From: a virus | DNA: 64,000 nucleotides | Strand: one strand, 5' to 3' | Virus record (IMG/VR): IMGVR_UViG_3300045988_101743 | Location: 19,509 to 83,508 of that record | Shown: positions 38,402 to 47,349 of the stretch, piece by piece | Layout of the letters: each line of letters starts with the position of its first letter | How positions within the stretch are numbered: position 1 is the stretch's first letter | The notes under the pieces: generated by a model | What the model was told of the DNA's origin: nothing | Databases searched by the model: none | What the model saw: only the letters and a program-made list of their open reading frames with translations | Position numbers and translations under genes: made by a program

Positions 38402-41400
38402 CAAAGTGGTCCATATATAACAGAAAAGGAGATGTTCTGCATGAGAGCGTAACCGAGTTCGACGGAAACGGAGAGGTTGTCCGCCAGGATACGCTTGAAT
38501 ATAGCGGGAAATGGATGGGAGAGTGCTTTGTCACCGTCTCTTTCAAATCCGCATATCCCATCGACTTTCAGATTGGCGACTACATAGAGTACAGAGGAGA
38601 GCGGTTCTGCCTCAATTATGACCCATCGGTTGTCAAGAAAGCGCGCCGCGGCTCTTATGGAGAGGGGTTTGTTTACGACAGTGTGAAGTTCAACTCCTTG
38701 TCGAATGAGCTTACCGAGATGCGGTTCCGTGACTGGGTTCTGTCCGACAACCAAGTTCATTACACGTCGCTTCCTTCGTTCTCGTTCTACTGCAAGGATG
38801 TTGACGATCTTGTTGACAGGTTGCAGGCGAACAGCAACAGATGGTGCAAGTCAAATGGGTACGCCAATGAAGACTATTGGATGTTCTACACTCTTAGGAA
38901 TAAGACTGTAGGAGGAACCGACGACAAGGAGCAAACGCAGACTACAAGCGAACGCACATTGGAACGTGCAAGAAGCGTGTATGACAATGATGACTTTGTT
39001 TCCTCTGTGAAGGAAAAGTGGATTAAGGCTTACGGTCTTGGAAGCGACTATAAGGACAGTCGTGACGACGAGCGCTATGACAGGAATGTGTCTGTAAGCG
39101 GCCAGACTGTATGGGACGCCCTGTCGCTGATCAAGAAGGAATTTGGCCTGAACTTTATCATCCGTGGAAGAAATGTGTTTGTTGGAACAGTAGGAATACC
39201 AACAAGCCATGTGTTTAGATATGGAAAGGGGAATGGGCTGTACGAGGTTGACAAGACAGCGGACCAAGACCAGGCGGTTGTAACAAAATTGCACGCATAC
39301 GGAAGCAACGAAAATCTTCCTACAAGATACTATGCTGAAGTTGGCACAACACCTTATGGAAGAGTCTCTTATATAAATCACAAGGACGATGTTACGTCAA
39401 CAAGCACTCCGCTCGTGAATGTCACGCTTGACCTCGCATGGTCGTCGTCGTATTTCAGCACAAAGCTCGAAAACTCGCAGTCAGATTCCGACATCAGGAT
39501 TGTTGGCGTCAAGGTTAGCGACATGACTGCAAAGGGAAGGGTGTATGAGCTGAACGGAAAGGTATGCCTTGTTGTTGGCTACAATGAGAAAAGCAGCGAC
39601 CCTGACAGCAACATCGGAAACAAGGACAATGTTTTCAATATTATAAGGTCAATTGCTATAAATGAGGTGTTTGAGTTTGTTGAGGGCGTAAACAAGGATT
39701 CATTCCCATCAGACCACAAGAACTACGCTTATGTTAACGGGATGCCGAACAATATGGCCGTCAATAGCTTGATGCTGCCAGGCTTTCCCGTATTTGCACT
39801 TTCCGAACTTTGCAAGTGTGAATACGATTCGCAAAAAGGTGAAACACGATACTATATAAGAAAGGACAAAAGTGGTTCTGGTTGGATATTGTTCCATACG
39901 GAAATCGGCGAGCACATCGTTACTTTCTCAAACGACTGCCATGACCCGTTTATCGTGTCGCAAAATGCGGATATTCTCGGAATAAGAGAGGGCGACATAT
40001 CTTGCACAGAGGAGAATGATGACAACGGACTTGAGAAGGTCTATCCAACCATAGAAGACATGGTTGGGTCTGACGCAGGGTTGGCTAACGATAAGAGACT
40101 GGATGAGGTTCTTTCTGCCGACACCATTGATGACAACGGAGTTTATCCAAAGACGCAAGAAGAAGATAAGATACAAGGTTTCAATATCTATCTCCCAGAA
40201 CTTGGTTTCGACCTAAAAAAGGCCGCAGAGGATGCTGGTGGTACAAACATGAAGATTAGCATGAAGGACGGCTTTTGCGGAGGTCGCACCTTCGATGTAA
40301 CTAACGCCGTATTCAAAAATGACCGCTGGGAGCTTAGGTGTAAGCGTTCGCATGATGCCGACCTTGACCTTTGGTTCCCGTACTCATACGCTAAATCGGT
40401 TAGCTCGCCGGAGGCTTCCATGAGCGGCGCTTATCAGGTTCAGAAAGGAGACCGGTATATCCTGACAGGTATATATGTCGACGATGTGAATTACGTATGG
40501 GCGGCGAGCGTAAGGCTTCTTAGAAAGGCTATTCATTGGCTATGCAAGAACGACTATACTACATACGTGTATTCTCCAAAGATTGACGAGATTTACATGG
40601 CCGAGGAGGCTCTTGCCGCAGACGCTATGGGCTTGACAAGCATACATGACAGCATCAAAGAAGGCGATGTTCTCATTTTTGGCGACAATGATCTAAAAAT
40701 TGACGGAAGCGTCTATATCGACCAACTTAATATAAAGGAGAACGGCAACAACGGAATTGCGACATACGATGTCACTTTGCGAAACGAGGTTAATGTTGGC
40801 ACAATCCAACGAATACAGAACAAAGTTGACTCACTTGTTACAGATGTCAAGTCAGGAAAGTATTCAAGTGGGTTTACGAGCGTTTCACAGATAGAGGCGA
40901 TTATTAGGGCGTATGGACCAGAACTATTCTTGTCGCGCATTGCGTCGGACGTTGCGAAAGGATACATAACGTTTGAAAGAGGACTAAAGAGCAATGGCGA
41001 CGTTTCTATTGAACAGGACGCCACCATCGGCGGCGACCTCGACGTGACCGGAAACACCACGCTGACCGACGTGGTGGTTGACCGTGTGCATGACGCGAAG
41101 TCAACGCCTGCCGAGCGTGTCATCATGGGGGCGCAGGGCTTCGACCTCTATATGGGCGAGGATGGCAAGAGCCATCTTTACATCGACTACCTCACGGCCC
41201 GCACCAAGTTCTTTGCGGCCTCTGCCGAGGTGCGCAAGGTGAGCTATTCGGGCGGCACAACGCTCTTCTCCAACGCGGGCAGCACCATCATGAAGGTGGT
41301 GGATGTGCTCAACGAGAGCAAGGCTGTGATAGCCTACAAGTGTTACGCCTTGGCAGACGACGGCACGACCAAGACGATGAATTGGTGGCATCCTGGCATG

Positions 41401-44400
41401 ATGGCCTTGTGCCAGACTTTCAACGTCAAGGCTGGCGACACGGCCAACCTTGCCAACCGCTATTACTGGCGTTTGGTTGTTGGAGTAGGCCAAGAAACGC
41501 TCAACGATGGCAAGCTATACGATTACGTCATTCTCTCGAACAAAAAGACCTTCGTCGGCAACGAGGCCGTGGTGCCCGTGGGCTCTACGCAGGTCATAGG
41601 ATGGAACGGCCACCCCTTGGTGTTCGGCAATGTGGCCATCGAGGTTGGCTCTAAAGGCGGCATGGAGAGCTTCGCTACCGTGGTGGCCGACTATGAGGGT
41701 CTGACCAACGACGAGTCGGGAACGGCCATCGTCTCCCGCGTGTTCTACGGCTATGAGCCTGCCGCCGATGGTGGAGAGCCCGACGCTCCCCAGCCCTACG
41801 ATGTCATTGTGCAGGCTGGCGATCAGGTGCAATGGGGCAAGTATGGCAACCTCATTAAGCTCACAACCTCTGTGGAGGATGGTGTTGATGCTGCCAACGC
41901 GTCCTCCATAGCCATGTTCCACAACATGGGAGCGCCCTACAAGGTGGGCGGTGGGGTCAATCCATATCAGTGGAAGACGCTAACGTCGCTCGACTCGCCT
42001 GAGCTTGTCTTAAAGAACGCCAATAACTTCAAGTTCTTCACCGACGATGATCCCAACAACATCATCGACCCCATCACGGTTTCGTATGAGATAAATGCGA
42101 GCGCCGATTTCATCATTCGCAAGCCTACCACGCAAACGGCCACGCCCACCGACATGACCTTTACCGTCACAAAACGGATGGGCAACAAGACGGAGGATGT
42201 CACGGCCACCGTCAATCTCTTTGCCGACTACACTACAACCGACGGAGCAACTAAGGCTGATGTGCCCATCAAGCGCCTGTCCGACATTGGCGTGAGTTTT
42301 TATGCGCTCGCCTCTGTTTCCGTCAAGGCAAAGGATAAGAGCGGTGGCGATACGCTTGCCACTCTCAGCATCCCTGTCTTGTCGGATGGCGCACAGGGTA
42401 GCGCAGGAGCGCAAGGAAAGCCCGGTCAGGATGGCAAGAACGGTGTTGACGGAAAGCCGGGGGTTGACGGTAAGGATGGCAAGACCCCATCGGTTATGTC
42501 AACCACCTACAAGTATGCGGTTACGGCTACTGCCGTAAAGCCTGCCGATAACGCTTGGCAAACCACCATGCCCGACCCTTCTAAGAACGAGGGCAAGTTT
42601 ATGTGGACCAAGACCACAACTACTTGGAGCACAGGCGATGCGACCGACACCTTCACTTGCACCTATGTCGGCAAGGATGGCGAGAATGGAACGAGCGTCA
42701 CCATTAAGGGTACGTTTGATAGCGTTGACCAACTGCCCACCACGGGAAAGGAGAATGAGAGCTACATCATCGCTGGCGACCTGTGGGCTTATACAGGCAC
42801 GGATAAAGAGGATGCCGAGAACCATAACGGATTTACCAACATGGGCCGCATCAAGGGTGAGGATGGCAAATCAGCTACCCAATACTATATTCATACAGCA
42901 TGGATGAAAGATGCGGATGGCACAGGATTTACCATCGCTAATCCGCAGGGCACGGCCTATCCCTATATCGGCACACTCATCGACACCAACGACAAGGACT
43001 CGTCTAATTGGCGTGACTATAAGTGGACCTACGTCAAGGGTGACACAGGTTCAAAAGGCGACAAGGGCGACCAAGGTGAGAAAGGTGAGAAAGGTGAGAA
43101 AGGTGAGCAGGGTGAAAAAGGCGAGCAGGGCTTGCAAGGAGTGAAAGGTGATAAGGGTGAGAAAGGCGACAAGGGTGACCAAGGCTTGAAAGGAGACAAA
43201 GGAGAGCCGGGCGAGCAGGGTATCAAGGGTGACCCAGGTAACGATGGCCAGCCCGGCAAGGACGGCACCAATGGCACCGACGGCAAGGATGCCGTGGAGT
43301 TTGTCATTAAGGATGCGCCCATGGTGTTCGACACGGCAACCGATGGCGTTGTGCCCACCGGCACGAGCAAGACCGCAAAGATTTACGTCTACCGTGGTGG
43401 CGCGAACGTCAGCACCCAGCCTATCGCAGGCATCGTTGACCAACAGGGATGCTCTGACGCAAGGGTGACGAAGTTTTCCGACCATTTCGAGGTGACACTT
43501 GAAGGCCGCCACATCAAGAAGGATGGCGGTGTGAGCGTGACGAGCGGATATGTCGCCGTGCAACTCACCTATGATGGCAAGGCTTATGTGCAGCAGGTGC
43601 CGTTTCTCGTTAATGTGGCCAAGTTTACAGGCATGGTCAGCTCCAACAACGCGGAGCTGAGCAGCAAGTACACCGAGCTCACGAATAAGCAGGCGCAAAC
43701 CGCCAAGGATGTGACGAACTTGCAGACTACGCTTAATGGCGTGCCTATCAAGAGCAACGACGACCTCACCAAGTACACCTCGGAGATTAAGCAGACCGCA
43801 CGTGAGATTTCTGTCGAGGTAAGCTCGGAGGCCGTGCGCACAGGCCGTAACATGCTATTGGGTTCCGATTTCCACCGTCAGGGCTACGGCTATGCGCCCA
43901 ACGGCACGGCCTTCACGGAGAGCAACCTAAAGATACGCACCTACGATGGCTTTGCCGGTTGCAACTCCCTGTTCATCGAGCAAACGGCCATCGGCAACAG
44001 CTACGCAGGCGTAAGGTGGTCCGATGTGCCCGTTACGGGAGGCAAGACCTATGTGATAAGCGCTTGGCTCAAACGCATGAGCGACACCTTCGGCGAACGA
44101 TGCTCCATCATCGTGCATGAGTATGCTGGCAACGGCACGACAATAGCGAAGAACAACTCCTTCACGGCGCTTGATGCCGATGCCGACCCGAAGGGCACGT
44201 GGCGCAAGAAGGCGGTTACTGTCACCTTGCAGGCCACCACAACAAGGGTGAACGTCATTTTCTGCCTTGGCTCAACAGGCGCTTTCTCGCTCTGTCAGCC
44301 TATGATGGAGGAGGGCACGGAGAGCAACGGGTGGACGCTCGCTCCTGCCGACTACGGTTACATCATGGGCAACCGTATCGTGGGCAGCTTGGCGCTCACG

Positions 44401-45963
44401 AAGAACGCCACCTCACTTGCGCAGGATGGCTCTACGGCAAGCATCGCTGGCCTTTATGGTTCTGTGGTCACGGGAACGGATGGAGTGGCTATGGTGGAGC
44501 GTGACGCGCAGGCCACCAAGACGCAGCTCGCCATTGTGGTGCAGGGCTACCTGAAGGCCAACACCGACTATGTGCTCTCGTTCGATGTTCGCCGCATCGA
44601 CGGAAAGGACGATGGTTGCGCGTTTGTGTCGTTCGTGCGCAAGGTGCTCTATTCGGAGCTTTACTCGGGTAAGGTCTCCATCTACTCGAAGGAGAACGGC
44701 AACGCCACCGAGAGCGGCTACTTGGAGATCAAGCCCTCGGGCGACTGGCAGCGTGTGTGGGTGCATTTCCGCTTGGCAGCTGATTGGACGGACGCAACGG
44801 GAAAGAATTTCAACATCGGCGTGTTTGGCGGCAATGGCACGGGCAACAGCATCCGTGCGCAGTTCCGCCGCCCGAAGTTGGAGGCGTGTGCGGCCATGAC
44901 CGAGTACACCGACGCGCAGGCCGACTACATCGAGGACGAGAATATCTCGAAGAAGTTGCGCCGTACTGGTATCGACATCACCAATGAGCGCATCACGCTC
45001 GATGCCAAGAAGACCACCGTCACGGGCGACCTGACTGTTCAGGGCATCATTACCGACTCCACGAGTTATGTGGATATGGACGGCACGTTATGGTCGCCCA
45101 ACGACGTGGGCGAGCTGGTGAACACAAAGAAGAACCTCAGAACTGTCGATGGTGGCGTGTTCGCTCCCATTGATATGACGGCCATCAAGAGCCTTCAAAT
45201 ACAGACCGCCGACCCGTCGGCCTTGGGTGCAACAGGCATCAATCCATCGCCTGCCTTGGTGACGCTTCCTATGTATGATGCGGTGAACCTCGGTTGTGGC
45301 GTTACTATTCCTGCCTACCGTCGTTCGGGCACGCATGTGCTCATCCGTAACGGTTTCTCGCTCGCTTATGGTATGTGGGCGAAGAGTGCAAGCTGGGGCA
45401 ACGCCAACAATAACTACACGGCCTTGCGGCAGAACATAGCCAATGCGGCTGTCTACATCTGCACAGACCCCCGATTGCTCGCCCTCGACAACTACAAGTA
45501 TGCCACTCCCACCATCACGCCCGATGGTCAGGATGACAACGGGGCTTCGGCCACCGCCGAGTGGTTCAAGGGTGGATGCTTCCTCAACGGTCGCCGTGGC
45601 CGATGGATTGCGCTCCTGCCCGGTCAGGAGATAGAGTTGGTGTCGGTCATTACCATGTGGCAGACGGGCACAAATACTGCCGTGCCCTACCTCGCTTGGT
45701 ATGTGGTGGGCGGCAGCAATATCGACTGGCTCGATAAGCTTATATCTATCCGTCCGGCTGACAGCGCCTACAATGGCTATGATGGCTATTTCGAGCAGGA
45801 GATAACAGGTGGGCAGAATTTCGGAGTGGGTTCTATCGACAAGTACCGTGACGCTTTCTTCGGTCCTCGCCAACTGAGCGACGGTTACGTAGACGGTCTC
45901 GCCGCCCAGACGGTGGTCGTCACGCTGTCGGCAAACGAAGCGCCCTATCTCTGGGTTCAATGA
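38398..45963 (+). CDS. Giant tail fibre / tail spike protein with two collagen-like Gly-X-Y repeat blocks, 2521 aa.
   Basis: Single uninterrupted ORF. G-X-Y runs: GAQGKPGQDGKNGVDGKPGVDGKDGK (about 42405-42490) and roughly 75 residues of GDKGDQGEKGEKGEKGEQG...GKDGTNGTDGKD (about 43050-43290). GC content jumps from about 43% to about 58% near 41020. Confidence 0.75.
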   Translation: MTKWSIYNRKGDVLHESVTEFDGNGEVVRQDTLEYSGKWMGECFVTVSFKSAYPIDFQIGDYIEYRGERFCLNYDPSVVKKARRGSYGEGFVYDSVKFNSLSNELTEMRFRDWVLSDNQVHYTSLPSFSFYCKDVDDLVDRLQANSNRWCKSNGYANEDYWMFYTLRNKTVGGTDDKEQTQTTSERTLERARSVYDNDDFVSSVKEKWIKAYGLGSDYKDSRDDERYDRNVSVSGQTVWDALSLIKKEFGLNFIIRGRNVFVGTVGIPTSHVFRYGKGNGLYEVDKTADQDQAVVTKLHAYGSNENLPTRYYAEVGTTPYGRVSYINHKDDVTSTSTPLVNVTLDLAWSSSYFSTKLENSQSDSDIRIVGVKVSDMTAKGRVYELNGKVCLVVGYNEKSSDPDSNIGNKDNVFNIIRSIAINEVFEFVEGVNKDSFPSDHKNYAYVNGMPNNMAVNSLMLPGFPVFALSELCKCEYDSQKGETRYYIRKDKSGSGWILFHTEIGEHIVTFSNDCHDPFIVSQNADILGIREGDISCTEENDDNGLEKVYPTIEDMVGSDAGLANDKRLDEVLSADTIDDNGVYPKTQEEDKIQGFNIYLPELGFDLKKAAEDAGGTNMKISMKDGFCGGRTFDVTNAVFKNDRWELRCKRSHDADLDLWFPYSYAKSVSSPEASMSGAYQVQKGDRYILTGIYVDDVNYVWAASVRLLRKAIHWLCKNDYTTYVYSPKIDEIYMAEEALAADAMGLTSIHDSIKEGDVLIFGDNDLKIDGSVYIDQLNIKENGNNGIATYDVTLRNEVNVGTIQRIQNKVDSLVTDVKSGKYSSGFTSVSQIEAIIRAYGPELFLSRIASDVAKGYITFERGLKSNGDVSIEQDATIGGDLDVTGNTTLTDVVVDRVHDAKSTPAERVIMGAQGFDLYMGEDGKSHLYIDYLTARTKFFAASAEVRKVSYSGGTTLFSNAGSTIMKVVDVLNESKAVIAYKCYALADDGTTKTMNWWHPGMMALCQTFNVKAGDTANLANRYYWRLVVGVGQETLNDGKLYDYVILSNKKTFVGNEAVVPVGSTQVIGWNGHPLVFGNVAIEVGSKGGMESFATVVADYEGLTNDESGTAIVSRVFYGYEPAADGGEPDAPQPYDVIVQAGDQVQWGKYGNLIKLTTSVEDGVDAANASSIAMFHNMGAPYKVGGGVNPYQWKTLTSLDSPELVLKNANNFKFFTDDDPNNIIDPITVSYEINASADFIIRKPTTQTATPTDMTFTVTKRMGNKTEDVTATVNLFADYTTTDGATKADVPIKRLSDIGVSFYALASVSVKAKDKSGGDTLATLSIPVLSDGAQGSAGAQGKPGQDGKNGVDGKPGVDGKDGKTPSVMSTTYKYAVTATAVKPADNAWQTTMPDPSKNEGKFMWTKTTTTWSTGDATDTFTCTYVGKDGENGTSVTIKGTFDSVDQLPTTGKENESYIIAGDLWAYTGTDKEDAENHNGFTNMGRIKGEDGKSATQYYIHTAWMKDADGTGFTIANPQGTAYPYIGTLIDTNDKDSSNWRDYKWTYVKGDTGSKGDKGDQGEKGEKGEKGEQGEKGEQGLQGVKGDKGEKGDKGDQGLKGDKGEPGEQGIKGDPGNDGQPGKDGTNGTDGKDAVEFVIKDAPMVFDTATDGVVPTGTSKTAKIYVYRGGANVSTQPIAGIVDQQGCSDARVTKFSDHFEVTLEGRHIKKDGGVSVTSGYVAVQLTYDGKAYVQQVPFLVNVAKFTGMVSSNNAELSSKYTELTNKQAQTAKDVTNLQTTLNGVPIKSNDDLTKYTSEIKQTAREISVEVSSEAVRTGRNMLLGSDFHRQGYGYAPNGTAFTESNLKIRTYDGFAGCNSLFIEQTAIGNSYAGVRWSDVPVTGGKTYVISAWLKRMSDTFGERCSIIVHEYAGNGTTIAKNNSFTALDADADPKGTWRKKAVTVTLQATTTRVNVIFCLGSTGAFSLCQPMMEEGTESNGWTLAPADYGYIMGNRIVGSLALTKNATSLAQDGSTASIAGLYGSVVTGTDGVAMVERDAQATKTQLAIVVQGYLKANTDYVLSFDVRRIDGKDDGCAFVSFVRKVLYSELYSGKVSIYSKENGNATESGYLEIKPSGDWQRVWVHFRLAADWTDATGKNFNIGVFGGNGTGNSIRAQFRRPKLEACAAMTEYTDAQADYIEDENISKKLRRTGIDITNERITLDAKKTTVTGDLTVQGIITDSTSYVDMDGTLWSPNDVGELVNTKKNLRTVDGGVFAPIDMTAIKSLQIQTADPSALGATGINPSPALVTLPMYDAVNLGCGVTIPAYRRSGTHVLIRNGFSLAYGMWAKSASWGNANNNYTALRQNIANAAVYICTDPRLLALDNYKYATPTITPDGQDDNGASATAEWFKGGCFLNGRRGRWIALLPGQEIELVSVITMWQTGTNTAVPYLAWYVVGGSNIDWLDKLISIRPADSAYNGYDGYFEQEITGGQNFGVGSIDKYRDAFFGPRQLSDGYVDGLAAQTVVVTLSANEAPYLWVQ

Positions 45964-45985
45964 CAAGCATAAAATCCTATAAAGT

Positions 45986-47038
45986 ATGAAGAAAATAGTA
46001 AAAGGCAACGATTTCACGCTTCGCATCCCCGTGAGCCGCATGTTCAATGGGGTGGCCGAGCCGTTTCCCTTGCCGGGTTGCACCGACATCGTGGTGAACG
46101 TGGTTAGCAGCTACCGCCGTATCTCCCTGCCTTTCTCCATCGACGTTTCCGACGACCACATCATCAATGCGCGTGTGGAGGGCGACGCTATTCCCCGTGG
46201 CATTTACGCCTTGGAGGTGAAGGGCAAGTTCTTGGGCAACGACTGGCGAAGCAACGAGTATGAGCAGTTTAGCATCGTGGACAATAACGCTTCGGGCGAC
46301 ACGGCCTTCACACCGCAGGAGGGCGAGGACAGCGTGCTCATGAACACGGCGCTTATCATCCTCGCTCCCGATGTGGCGCTTGGTGGTCTGATTTCCGATG
46401 CCGAGAAGGCCATCGCCAAGGTGGACGAGAAGCTGACCGAGGTTGACTCCACGGTTGGCGAGGCCGTGCGCAAGGCCGACACCGCCACCGAGCAAGCCAC
46501 CACGGCGGCAGCCAACGCCAACACGCAGGCCGACCATGCAAAGGCCGTGGCCGAGGCTGGGATGCGCCTGAACCAATCCGTGCAGACGGCTGAGAACATG
46601 CGCATCCAAGCGGAGAAGGAACGTGTGCTGGCCGAAGAAGGGCGCAGCACGGCAGAGTCAAAGCGCCAGGTCGCTGAGAGTGGGCGCAACGATGCCGAGG
46701 TGTCGCGTGTGTCGGCAGAGAGCATGCGCAAGACCGACGAGGCAACACGCATCCGTCAGGAGAAAGAACGCAAGACATCGGAGGAGGAGCGCATAGCCAA
46801 CGAAACCGCCCGTCTTAGAGCAGAGGAGACGAGAGCTGCCTCTGAGCAACAGCGCGTCTTAGACGAGCAGGCTCGAAACGATGCCGAAGCCGAGCGTATC
46901 AAGGCGGCCAAGGAAAACAAGGCGGCCACCGACCAAGCGGTGAAGGACTGCCAGCAGGCTGTGGCCGACGCTAAGGTGGCCGTGGATTACGACCCTGACA
47001 CTTTTTCCATCGTAATAACAACAGGAAAGGAGGAGTGA
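45986..47038 (+). CDS. Tail fibre-associated coiled-coil protein, 350 aa.
   Basis: N-terminal beta-rich region, then about 200 aa of A/E/R-rich heptad-like sequence. Confidence 0.5.
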   Translation: MKKIVKGNDFTLRIPVSRMFNGVAEPFPLPGCTDIVVNVVSSYRRISLPFSIDVSDDHIINARVEGDAIPRGIYALEVKGKFLGNDWRSNEYEQFSIVDNNASGDTAFTPQEGEDSVLMNTALIILAPDVALGGLISDAEKAIAKVDEKLTEVDSTVGEAVRKADTATEQATTAAANANTQADHAKAVAEAGMRLNQSVQTAENMRIQAEKERVLAEEGRSTAESKRQVAESGRNDAEVSRVSAESMRKTDEATRIRQEKERKTSEEERIANETARLRAEETRAASEQQRVLDEQARNDAEAERIKAAKENKAATDQAVKDCQQAVADAKVAVDYDPDTFSIVITTGKEE

Positions 47039-47042
47039 GCAC

Positions 47043-47321
47043 ATGACAGATTCTTTGAACACCGTTAACGTCGTGGCCCTCACCGAGGCAGCCGACCTCA
47101 AGGATGGCGACACCCTGTTGCTTATTCGCGACGATGGGCAGGGCAACAAGACCTGTTACCGCATAGAAGGCCGTTCCTTCCGTGGAAAGAGCGCCTATGA
47201 GGTGGCGAAGGAGAATGGCTATACGGGTACGGAAAGCGACTGGGCGGAACAGGCCGCCAAGGTCGCCAATTTCGACGTTGATTTTGACCCTTCTGATGGG
47301 AGTTTAGTATTCACTAAGTAA
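47043..47321 (+). CDS. Hypothetical protein, 92 aa.
   Basis: ORF. Confidence 0.4.
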   Translation: MTDSLNTVNVVALTEAADLKDGDTLLLIRDDGQGNKTCYRIEGRSFRGKSAYEVAKENGYTGTESDWAEQAAKVANFDVDFDPSDGSLVFTK

Positions 47322-47349
47322 AAACAAAAACAATCAAAACAGATAAGAT

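Noticed and set aside
41100-46800. Numerous minus-strand ORFs (e.g. 45088..46089, 45977..46609, 43051..43698, 41101..41493, 47314..48366)
   Set aside because: All lie antisense to the continuous giant fibre / coiled-coil ORFs in the high-GC segment, where stop codons are rare by composition. None has start signals, and they overlap each other in multiple frames.
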